A stretch of DNA of 38,913 bases. Origin: a virus. Its lineage: Duplodnaviria; Caudoviricetes. The stretch covers positions 1-38,913 of the IMG/VR virus record IMGVR_UViG_3300033407_000059, one strand, 5' to 3'. Shown here piece by piece: positions 1 through 6,702 of the stretch. How positions within the stretch are numbered: the stretch's first letter is position 1; the number at the start of each line of letters is the position of its first letter. Under the pieces are notes generated by a model. It made no database searches and was not told the DNA's origin. It saw only the letters and a program-made list of their open reading frames with translations. The position numbers and the translations under genes are program-made.

Positions 1-127
1 ACGTTCGTGATGGACACGTGCACGGGACGAGTAAAGAGACGGCGAGCACCGCGCGGCAGTGCGGCCAAAACGCTCATGCCGATGAACTCCCGCCACTGCT
101 CGACTTTCCGCTTCCGAACGAACGGAC
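1..127. repeat. Terminal direct repeat, left copy (circular-assembly overlap)
   Basis: 1-127 is identical to 38787-38913. 127 bp is a common assembler k-mer, and a gene reads continuously across the junction. Confidence 0.95.
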
Positions 128-200
128 TATGCCCCACGTAAAACCAATTCCACGAGGGGAGCGGTTCAGTGAGTGTGAAACGGAAGGAACGGAGTGTCAT
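1..200 (-). CDS. rusA: 5' part of RusA-like Holliday junction resolvase (wraps the circular junction, continues 38786->38603; 127 aa total)
   Basis: Manual translation from ATG at 200 gives MTLRSFRFTLTEPLPSWNWFYVGH..., with the RusA-type N-terminal P-S-x-N motif, in frame with the DADN..K..D..DD part at the other end. Confidence 0.75.
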   Translation of the reverse strand, partial: MTLRSFRFTLTEPLPSWNWFYVGHSPFVRKRKVEQWREFIGMSVLAALPRGARRLFTRPVHVSITN

Positions 201-216
201 CGGTACTGATGATACC

Positions 217-378
217 CTACGGAAGTTTTTGTTTGGTCTCGTTGCCGAACGCCGCGAGCGAGGACACCATGAAGATCAGCGCGAAGGCGAGAATGATGTA
301 CGCGAGCCAGCCGGAGTACAGTTTCGCACCGAGCAACAAAAGCACCGCGATCAAGAAGCGATATTGCGATTGTGTCAT
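217..378 (-). CDS. Small membrane protein, 53 aa
   Basis: Manual translation MTQSQYRFLIAVLLLLGAKLYSGWLAYIILAFALIFMVSSLAAFGNETKQKLP; two hydrophobic segments; fills the gap in a tightly packed operon. Confidence 0.65.
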   Translation of the reverse strand: MTQSQYRFLIAVLLLLGAKLYSGWLAYIILAFALIFMVSSLAAFGNETKQKLP

Positions 379-391
379 GGATTTGTGGTTA

Positions 392-436
392 CTAATAAGG
401 CCGACGAGGGCGCGGTTTCGGTTTACGCTTTTCCAT
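392..436 (-). CDS. Possible 14-aa Pro/Arg-rich micropeptide MEKRKPKPRPRRPY
   Basis: ATG 6 nt after the upstream gene's stop; ends in tandem stops TAG-TAA; fits exactly between its neighbours. Confidence 0.35.
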   Translation of the reverse strand: MEKRKPKPRPRRPY

Positions 437-442
437 GTCAGG

Positions 443-655
443 TCACTCGACGCGGGCGGGCCACGACCAACATCCTACCGCCAACGACTCGCTCGGCGAA
501 ACGTCGGGCAAGAAGAAGTCGCGGGCACTAAATACCTTGAGCGCGACGTGGTTGTCCGGCAACACGTCAACGACGATGGCGGGGTACGTCGCAAAGCGAT
601 TTTCCCCCAGCGTGTGCTGGTAGTGAACGATACGGCCGACTGATGGTTTTTGCAT
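443..655 (-). CDS. Phage hypothetical protein, 70 aa (PSVGRIVHY type)
   Basis: N-terminal KPSVGRIVHY, central PAIV and C-terminal WSWP pattern seen in small phage proteins; A/C-rich leader aaaaaccATG. Confidence 0.75.
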   Translation of the reverse strand: MQKPSVGRIVHYQHTLGENRFATYPAIVVDVLPDNHVALKVFSARDFFLPDVSPSESLAVGCWSWPARVE

Positions 656-711
656 GGTTTTTTATCGTTAGTGGGTAAACGAAGGAACGCTCGACCTGTG
701 TTGTGAGGGTA

Positions 712-903
712 TCACTTCCGGCGTGGAACGTACACATGCCGCGATCGCCACTCCCGCATGAGTTGGTTGTGGCACGACCGGCAGTATCGCTGGTCTTCCG
801 AGCGCGGTTTCCGACGATGGCATTTTGAGCAGGGGCAAAGAACTCCTCGTCGGAGCACTAGGGATAGTCGTGGCTCGAAAGGGTCATGGGTGGCGAAAGC
901 CAT
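712..903 (-). CDS. Small zinc-finger protein
   Basis: CSKC...YCRSC Cys pairs followed by a basic tail. Confidence 0.6.
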   Translation of the reverse strand: MAFATHDPFEPRLSLVLRRGVLCPCSKCHRRKPRSEDQRYCRSCHNQLMREWRSRHVYVPRRK

Positions 904-947
904 CAATCGCGAGGAAGTGTGTTTTTAGGGAAACAGAATCGTTTGTA

Positions 948-963
948 TGTTTCACGTGAAATT
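948..963. promoter_or_regulatory. parS-like site (ParB/Spo0J binding palindrome)
   Basis: TGTTTCACGTGAAATT matches the bacterial parS consensus TGTTTCACGTGAAACA at 14/16, with a perfect 12-bp palindromic core TTTCACGTGAAA; intergenic. Confidence 0.6.
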
Positions 964-967
964 TGGA

Positions 968-1156
968 TTATTCCGATGAAGGAACGCTATTGAGGTCAGT
1001 ATATCGCATCCGTGGAATCGTTCCAGTGACCCCACGAAGCCCACAGCGACGACATTCGACCTCCGGGGGCATCGGAATACTAAAAGGCCAGTCATGCCCC
1101 ACCACAGCGCACCACAGGCGCCTAGCGTGGCCGACAATGCGGGTGACGAGCTTCAT
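968..1156 (-). CDS. DUF1660-like small Zn-binding phage protein
   Basis: LWCAVVGHDW...CRRCG fits the C-x3-G-H-x-W...C-x-R-C-G pattern; ATGA overlap with the upstream gene. Confidence 0.65.
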   Translation of the reverse strand: MKLVTRIVGHARRLWCAVVGHDWPFSIPMPPEVECRRCGLRGVTGTIPRMRYTDLNSVPSSE

Positions 1157-1704
1157 TTTTTCGCCTTTTTCTTGACCGGGGCCGGATATTTTTTGAAACG
1201 TTCGACAATTTCCCGCTTTTCCTCGGCCTCCCGTTCGAGCTGGTCGAGCGTCGCGCCGTCAATCGGATCAACGCCCTGAATCTTCACCGGCGCGTAGCGG
1301 CCCTTGATTTTATACAGCATGTCGAGGGCGTGCTTGCGCGACTCGTCCACCGGCTCGGCCACGAAGGCGCTCATGTTTCCGAAAATGCCGGGGCCGGTGC
1401 CGAGCAGGCGGCAACCGATGGCGGACAGGTCTACGCCGAGCTTCACCACGTCAACTTTTTTCGAGACAGAGAGAACGCGCAGGCGCTCGGATTTGAGCAA
1501 CTGCTTGTGCACCGAGAGGGCGAGCTCGTCGGGGATCGCTTCTTCGAGTTTTTCGAGGAAGCTGTCGCGGCTGAAGGTTCGGCCGGGATTTTCCGTTTCA
1601 ACGTAACCAGCCCGCTCTAGAACCTGTCCGCCAGTAATTTTCTCGCCTTTTTCCAGTGCCTCTTTCAGAACCCTGATCGCCCTTTTTTGCTTTGCAATCG
1701 CCAT
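1153..1704 (-). CDS. Putative terminase small subunit
   Basis: N-terminal HTH-like segment with AGY motif, helical core, C-terminal ALDMLYKIKGRY; upstream of TerL on the circular map. Confidence 0.6.
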   Translation of the reverse strand: MAIAKQKRAIRVLKEALEKGEKITGGQVLERAGYVETENPGRTFSRDSFLEKLEEAIPDELALSVHKQLLKSERLRVLSVSKKVDVVKLGVDLSAIGCRLLGTGPGIFGNMSAFVAEPVDESRKHALDMLYKIKGRYAPVKIQGVDPIDGATLDQLEREAEEKREIVERFKKYPAPVKKKAKK

Positions 1705-1707
1705 AGT

Positions 1708-1854
1708 TTATTGCATTTTACCGCACTCGACACACAATAAGCGAATCATCCCGTCCTCCTCGTGCCGCACCAACTCCCCTCCGCAATGCCGGCCCCGACC
1801 CGTTTGGTCTTCGTGTTCCACTACGTCCATCTCGTCTCGTTCGTCGTACGTCAT
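1708..1854 (-). CDS. Small Zn-ribbon-like protein, 48 aa
   Basis: Manual translation MTYDERDEMDVVEHEDQTGRGRHCGGELVRHEEDGMIRLLCVECGKMQ; ends 3 nt before the TerS start; aaaaccATG context. Confidence 0.55.
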   Translation of the reverse strand: MTYDERDEMDVVEHEDQTGRGRHCGGELVRHEEDGMIRLLCVECGKMQ

Positions 1855-1863
1855 GGTTTTGAG

Positions 1864-2052
1864 TTATCCCCATTTCCCCAGTTTTTCATTTTTCTCTGTA
1901 GTATATTTCTTTAATTTCTTTTCTTACAGGTACATTATATAGTCGAGGCACTTTTCATCATCTCTACTGATGACAAAACGTCATCTCTACTGATGATATC
2001 CACAGTTCGTCCACACCCCACTTTCAGACCACTTGTCCACAGTTTGTTCACA
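1864..2052. promoter_or_regulatory. Candidate replication origin: AT-rich tract, 2 iterons and a DnaA-box-like cluster
   Basis: AT-rich ~1882-1941; TCATCTCTACTGATGA at 1958-1973 and 1981-1996; same-strand DnaA-box-like 9-mers TTATCCCCA 1864, ATATCCACA 1996, TCGTCCACA 2007, TTGTCCACA 2033, TTGTTCACA 2044. Confidence 0.7.
1958..1996. repeat. Two identical 16-bp iteron-like repeats TCATC-N6-GATGA (23-bp period)
   Basis: Exact copies at 1958-1973 and 1981-1996; third exact copy at 4792-4807. Confidence 0.9.
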
Positions 2053-2095
2053 ACAGATTTGTATAGGTTTTGGAAAAATTGCATAGGTTTGGTGG

Positions 2096-2467
2096 TTATG
2101 ATTTTTGGGCCGCGCTGTCGTACAAAAGCTCGCCGTTCGCAATGCGCGTGATCTTCCCGACTTCCAGCTCATCGAAGGCGTGGTGCATGTGGTTCTCGCA
2201 CACCGAAACGTGATGATTTTTCCCTTTGATGTCAATGCGATACTTCGCTTCCAGCCCGCACAGGCGATCCTGCTCGATACTCTCGTCCTTCACGAGCTGG
2301 CTACAGTACGCCCTGCCGTGCGGGATGTAGATCAGGGAGCCGTCCGGGGTAGCAATCGTCGTGGGGTTGGCAAAAATGAGCTTGAGCACCTTCGTGAGGA
2401 GCGCGAGGCGCTTCAAAATATCGTCTATGCTCTGTCCTTCCGGGCTTTTGGGGTCAATGGGCAGCAT
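2096..2467 (-). CDS. Hypothetical protein, 123 aa (possible Zn-binding)
   Basis: ORF on the coding strand with C...C...CxxH residues. Confidence 0.65.
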   Translation of the reverse strand: MLPIDPKSPEGQSIDDILKRLALLTKVLKLIFANPTTIATPDGSLIYIPHGRAYCSQLVKDESIEQDRLCGLEAKYRIDIKGKNHHVSVCENHMHHAFDELEVGKITRIANGELLYDSAAQKS

Positions 2468-2484
2468 GGGCGTGGAAAATCGCG

Positions 2485-2613
2485 CTACGGGGCAGCTAGT
2501 GCCCTACAGAACGAAAGAATTGACCATACGGCGAAGGACGCGAGGATCATCACCTCCATAAGCACAACGAGAATCATCCACCATACCGACCTCTTGAGTG
2601 TATCATCGTTCAT
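2485..2613 (-). CDS. Small single-TM protein, 42 aa
   Basis: Manual translation MNDDTLKRSVWWMILVVLMEVMILASFAVWSILSFCRALAAP; ATGA overlap with the upstream gene. Confidence 0.6.
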   Translation of the reverse strand: MNDDTLKRSVWWMILVVLMEVMILASFAVWSILSFCRALAAP

Positions 2614-2807
2614 CGCTCCGTAAGTTCGGCAATAAACTCTTCGATCTTCCTCTTGAAGAAAACGCGAACGCCAACATTGAATCGGCCCGCACTCAACCGC
2701 GACTGAATCGTGTGCGCCGCGTCAATCCGCGCTTCCCGTTCGCGGCGAACGAGTATCTCTTCATGCACGTCGAGCGCGATCATGGGCTTTCCTTTTTTTG
2801 TGTTCAT
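2610..2807 (-). CDS. Hypothetical protein, 65 aa
   Basis: Start reassigned to MNTKKG (caccATG context, just after the upstream stop at 2818). Confidence 0.55.
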   Translation of the reverse strand: MNTKKGKPMIALDVHEEILVRREREARIDAAHTIQSRLSAGRFNVGVRVFFKRKIEEFIAELTER

Positions 2808-2817
2808 GGTGAGAGGA

Positions 2818-3132
2818 TTAGCCACCTGCATATTTTCCAGTATACGTCGTTTTAGGACGCTTGACTTCTGTTTTCTTCGTCGGACGACCATTGAACGAAC
2901 ACTCGGTCGCCTCGATCTGCTCATTCAAGAGCTGTCGCGTCTGCGCCACCATATCGTCGTTCTTTTCCGACAAGAGCATCGTTACCCAGTCGCCCGTTTC
3001 AAAACGCTCTCCTTCCCTATCCCATGCTGCGACATAGCCAAGAGAAAAAACCTGTTTGCCGGCCGTGAAGATGTCTCGATGATCACCGAGTCCAACCTTT
3101 TCGATCCACCTAACGCTTATCAGCTTTGTCAT
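2818..3132 (-). CDS. Hypothetical protein, 104 aa
   Basis: Start reassigned to MTKLISV, giving an ATGA overlap with the upstream gene. Confidence 0.65.
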   Translation of the reverse strand: MTKLISVRWIEKVGLGDHRDIFTAGKQVFSLGYVAAWDREGERFETGDWVTMLLSEKNDDMVAQTRQLLNEQIEATECSFNGRPTKKTEVKRPKTTYTGKYAGG

Positions 3133-3413
3133 TCCTTTGGAGGGGTGAGCGAATCTCTGATTGCGTTGCGAACGTGTTTCCACATCTTCCAGCTTTCCAT
3201 TGAACTGTCTCGGTCTTCCTGTATCTCAAGTCGGTTGAGGACTTTTAAGATATTTTCCACCACCTCTTTCTCTCGTTGGGAGAGGGTTTGCTTGATGAAG
3301 GATTTGATATCTTCGTTGTGATCGCCGGTGCAAGTATCGCCCCCGCAACAACCAATACGTTTACGGGCGCGTTCATCAAACTCCGCCTCCCACGTTGGCT
3401 TGGTGGGGTTCAT
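3129..3413 (-). CDS. Hypothetical protein with 'PTKP-WExEF...IKSFI...QREKEV' module
   Basis: ATGA-coupled at both ends; paralogous to the internal module of 3705-4397. Confidence 0.7.
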   Translation of the reverse strand: MNPTKPTWEAEFDERARKRIGCCGGDTCTGDHNEDIKSFIKQTLSQREKEVVENILKVLNRLEIQEDRDSSMESWKMWKHVRNAIRDSLTPPKE

Positions 3414-3712
3414 GATCGTTCCTCCGCTATAGCGTCAATGGCCTTATGCACCCTTTCTATCTTCTCCGGTTCATCAAGTGCATACGATACGGCGACCTTG
3501 CAATCCTCTATAATTTTCATCCTCTTTTTCATCCTCTCATGACGCTCTATTGTCCTTAAGAGTTCTTGAAGCTGACGAAACCCTGATTGTTGTTCTTGGG
3601 CGCACCTGACGCACACATATCCTGTATGGATATTCTTCATCGTGAGGCATTCGGAGCATTGTTTGAGTAATTTTCGGTTCATTGCCTCTTCAGAAAGAGA
3701 AGGTTTAGTCAT
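3410..3712 (-). CDS. Hypothetical Zn-finger/coiled-coil protein
   Basis: CSEC...CVRC followed by a helical charged region; overlaps both neighbours. Confidence 0.65.
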   Translation of the reverse strand: MTKPSLSEEAMNRKLLKQCSECLTMKNIHTGYVCVRCAQEQQSGFRQLQELLRTIERHERMKKRMKIIEDCKVAVSYALDEPEKIERVHKAIDAIAEERS

Positions 3713-4397
3713 TGGTTAAACGATTCTTTTCGGAGGTGAGGGAGGCGAGGATTTCTTCGAGTGTTGCGCCGAATACGATGTTGAACCCTATCGGAGTGTT
3801 TGGGTACCATTGAAGTTCCCAAAGACTGTTCGTTTCTATTGCCCGTTGGCGTGATGTTGGTGTCGCCCAGTCAAGTGCTAAGTCTCGTTCCTCCATATCC
3901 TTAATGTATTGTTCTACTGTTTCGTAATTCGTGGTGTTCTCGTTGTGGGTGATATGGAGAGAGGCTTTGTGTTCTGGTAATCGCTTTTCGATGTCCACCT
4001 CTTTCTCTCGCTGGTCAAGTAGATTGGAGATGAAGTATTTTAGGTCATCGTCTAAATAGAGTTTTCCGCATCTAGGTGACTTCTCAAACTCCTCTTCCCA
4101 CCTTGGCTTGGTGGGGAGGGGTGGGATAGTGTGGGTCATTGCATTCTTAAGAATCTCGTCTCGGCAATCGTTCCAACCACCACTTTCTTGGTCAGCACCT
4201 ATTCGTTCTTCCGGCACGCACGTCTCAGAGAAACGGATACAGGCGGCTCGGAGGAATCCAGTTAAATCCCCTATACTGGCTACGTCGTTTGAAGATTTAC
4301 AAATGTAAACTTTTCTTGTTTCATTCCAAGTAAACTCCTTCTCAAACTCCCGCTCAATCTCTTTCAGTGTGTCTGACGGTCGGGTGGGATTGGTCAT
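3705..4397 (-). CDS. Hypothetical protein, apparent fusion of two small modules
   Basis: Two E-F-E-K type modules; internal in-frame ATG at 4139 precedes PTKPRWEEEF. Confidence 0.7.
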   Translation of the reverse strand: MTNPTRPSDTLKEIEREFEKEFTWNETRKVYICKSSNDVASIGDLTGFLRAACIRFSETCVPEERIGADQESGGWNDCRDEILKNAMTHTIPPLPTKPRWEEEFEKSPRCGKLYLDDDLKYFISNLLDQREKEVDIEKRLPEHKASLHITHNENTTNYETVEQYIKDMEERDLALDWATPTSRQRAIETNSLWELQWYPNTPIGFNIVFGATLEEILASLTSEKNRLTND

Positions 4398-4407
4398 TGT
4401 GGTTTGG

Positions 4408-4644
4408 TTAAACGCTTCTTTTTCTCAACTTTGCGAAGTGACTGGCCAAGCATCCCGCATTGCAAAACTGAAAAATACCGGACGTTTGTGCGTCAAAGTG
4501 CCAGCACCCCGGCACATAGTTCAAGGTCGTCGAAACCCAACCGCTTTTCTGTCCGATGATGATACTAATATGCGGCTTGCGAATCTTGTCGCTATCCGAA
4601 AGCACTGTACCGCACGTGTCGCACTCGTAGATTATCTTTCTCAT
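4408..4644 (-). CDS. Small Zn-binding protein (CxxC...FCxxxC)
   Basis: YECDTCG and FCNAGCL motifs; ATGA overlap with the initiator gene. Confidence 0.7.
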   Translation of the reverse strand: MRKIIYECDTCGTVLSDSDKIRKPHISIIIGQKSGWVSTTLNYVPGCWHFDAQTSGIFQFCNAGCLASHFAKLRKRSV

Positions 4645-5054
4645 GGTTTGATGCTTTTACGTTTGAGAATCTCCGCAATGCTTTCAAGACCAGTTTGCCG
4701 AACGGACGAGACCGACTGGCTGATCCGGGGGACTTGCGCCAAATGCCCCATTTTTCGCATAAACGCCTTTGAAAAACCCGTCGTCATACTATCATCTCTA
4801 CTGATGACCCCCTTCGCTTTCAACCCCTGCAACGACCTCGATACCAGCCGCCGGTCGAGCTTCGTTGCCTTCTCGAACTCCGCCAGCGTGATCCGGGCGC
4901 TGCGCTTCCGCTCCCCGGTCTTCTCGTCCCGCCACCCGTACGTCAGTCGCCACGTCGCCATGAGTACCCGTGTCTCGTACGGCGAAAGGTTGACCGTGGC
5001 GAGGGCCTCCAAAACTTCGTTGTGGATGGGGGTATAGGGATCGTTTTTTCGCAT
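4641..5054 (-). CDS. Lambda-O-like replication initiator (N-terminal wHTH domain only, 137 aa)
   Basis: YTPIHNEVLEALATVNLSPYETRVLMATWRLTYGW...ITLAEFEKATKLDRRLVSRSLQGL matches the Phage_rep_O signature; contains one iteron copy. Confidence 0.85.
   Translation of the reverse strand: MRKNDPYTPIHNEVLEALATVNLSPYETRVLMATWRLTYGWRDEKTGERKRSARITLAEFEKATKLDRRLVSRSLQGLKAKGVISRDDSMTTGFSKAFMRKMGHLAQVPRISQSVSSVRQTGLESIAEILKRKSIKP
4792..4807. repeat. Third copy of the 16-bp iteron, inside the initiator gene
   Basis: TCATCTCTACTGATGA identical to the copies at 1958 and 1981. Confidence 0.9.
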
Positions 5055-5131
5055 GGTGTCGTGGTCGGTAGTGTCGTTCGTGCCAGCCGAAGCGCTCGAT
5101 TAGTTTTTGTTTTTCATCATCCGACAAATGT

Positions 5132-5827
5132 TCAGCGAGACGTGGCATGAGTGAGAGCTTTGTGGAGGGGCCAGCGAGCGCGGAAAACACGATAATATAC
5201 AGTCGCTCGATCCAACCCAAGTCGCCGCGCCCACTCCGACATAGTGAGACGACGACCTTGGAACTCAATAATTGTGTTTCTTCGAGTGTGACTGTTTTGT
5301 TGCACTCGCGTAGCCCATCGACAATTACTTGGTAAGTATCCCCTTTCGTTGTCAATGCGGTCAATGCTCGTATTTTCTCGACCATGCTTTCTGACGTGAC
5401 GCAAAAACGAGGGGTACATATCGCTCTTGAAGTTTCGGAAGTCGTGCCATCGGCTGCAAACAATAATCCCCCGACCACCCCAGTGACGATAACCAAGAGC
5501 ATTTTTGTTTTCACACCTTTGAATCATGGCGCTCCATCGAGAGTAGAATGGTGTGTGTTTTGATCCCGCACCACCAATTCTAGACATGCCATGCGTTCGA
5601 TGCGTTTTAGAAACTCTCTCTATTTTTAGACAGCCACAGCTTCTTGCTGATCCGTCTTTCATTCTCGTACCAGCCATCACGACAACTTTTCCGCAATCAC
5701 ATTTACACTCCCATCTTGATGTCCCTTTCTCTGAACCAACAAACGAGAGAATAACGAGACGGTTGAAGCGTTGACCACGTTTCAGTTTCAACTGTGTATA
5801 TGGAGGATGTCCCTTATAGAACGGCAT
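5132..5827 (-). CDS. Free-standing HNH homing-endonuclease-like protein
   Basis: GQRFNRL..WECKCDCG..SCGC..WSAMIQRC..GGRGIIVC..SIDRIDNERGYLPSNCRWAT, a common phage HNH family pattern; more AT-rich than its flanks. Confidence 0.9.
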   Translation of the reverse strand: MPFYKGHPPYTQLKLKRGQRFNRLVILSFVGSEKGTSRWECKCDCGKVVVMAGTRMKDGSARSCGCLKIERVSKTHRTHGMSRIGGAGSKHTPFYSRWSAMIQRCENKNALGYRHWGGRGIIVCSRWHDFRNFKSDMYPSFLRHVRKHGRENTSIDRIDNERGYLPSNCRWATRVQQNSHTRRNTIIEFQGRRLTMSEWARRLGLDRATVYYRVFRARWPLHKALTHATSR

Positions 5828-5836
5828 ATTATAACA
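5828..5836 (-). promoter_or_regulatory. Extended -10 element TGTTATAAT
   Basis: Perfect TGn-TATAAT in the 11-bp gap between the deformylase and HNH genes, directly abutting the HNH ATG. Confidence 0.4.
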
Positions 5837-5838
5837 AC

Positions 5839-6408
5839 CTAATTACCATTATAAGGGAAGATATAGCGAGCGTCCATGTGGTCGATTTCGTGGGCAAAGA
5901 TGCGAGCAAACAGCGACGAGCAGGAAAAGTTCTCGACCGTCACCCATTCGGGATCGCCGAACGGCAGTGGCTTCAACGTCGCGTACGTCACTTCAATCTT
6001 GTGGAAACGCTGCACGACGGTATTCTTGCAGTCGAGAAACGTGACACACCCTTCCTCGCTCGGCACCGGCACCTTCGTGTGGTTCGTGATTTTCGGGTTG
6101 ATGAAGATGGTCGAGGTCATGCTATAGCTCCGCAACATGTCTCGGATGAGCGGATTGTGCGGGTTCAGCATGAAGAAGCGCAACGGCTTTTTGTTCGTCA
6201 CCTGCGCGTGCGAGAGGGCGTAGATGACGGTTTTGGTCGTCTTCTCGATGCGATCCATCGCCGTGATCATTTGCGCGCCCTCGTCGAGGATGCGCTTGAG
6301 GTCGTTCGTGCCGGCCCACGCGCTGACTTCCTTGTGCGGCTCGACGATCCTGATGTTGAGCTTCGGTTGCCCGAAGATGTTTTTTTTCTTTGGAATGAAG
6401 AGTGACAT
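5839..6408 (-). CDS. def: Phage peptide deformylase, 189 aa
   Basis: EGCVT (motif 2), AHEIDH (motif 3), FINP, V-x-R, and degenerate motif 1 IYALSHAQV; start reassigned to MSLFIP (caccATG). Confidence 0.9.
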   Translation of the reverse strand: MSLFIPKKKNIFGQPKLNIRIVEPHKEVSAWAGTNDLKRILDEGAQMITAMDRIEKTTKTVIYALSHAQVTNKKPLRFFMLNPHNPLIRDMLRSYSMTSTIFINPKITNHTKVPVPSEEGCVTFLDCKNTVVQRFHKIEVTYATLKPLPFGDPEWVTVENFSCSSLFARIFAHEIDHMDARYIFPYNGN

Positions 6409-6480
6409 GGTGACGATTGTACTTGGTACTGGGCTTATTTTGGCACCGTGGGAGGTGACACACGGCACCAAAGAAAACCA

Positions 6481-6669
6481 CTACTCCGCTGCTCCACCGT
6501 CGTCCTGACCGCCTTCACCAGCTTCTCGTGCTGGCATTTTCGGCGTGCCGTGTTGTTCTTGCGGCGTCGCGCGGTCTGCTTCGCCTTCGCCTGCCTCCGC
6601 CCCTGCGTTCTCGGCGCCCTGATCCTCCGGCTTGCTGACCGCCACTCCCTCTTGCTTTTCTTCTTCCAT
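6481..6669 (-). CDS. Small acidic low-complexity protein, 62 aa
   Basis: E/A/G-rich ORF with SD-like GAAAGGGG upstream of ATG 6669. Confidence 0.55.
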   Translation of the reverse strand: MEEEKQEGVAVSKPEDQGAENAGAEAGEGEADRATPQEQHGTPKMPAREAGEGGQDDGGAAE

Positions 6670-6702
6670 GTGTAACACCCCCTTTCGTGACCGATTAGTG
6701 TA

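Noticed and set aside
1935-2084. 49-codon ORF across the candidate origin
   Set aside because: The sequence is explained by the DnaA-like boxes and iterons; not called as a gene, although its start context is plausible.
4798-5148. ORF MPRLAEHLSDDEKQKLIERFGW... overlapping the initiator, as a possible frameshifted N-terminal extension
   Set aside because: The first ~30 codons look protein-like, but joining needs a +1 shift with no clear signal, and the initiator has its own good start at 5054. Unresolved and unsupported.
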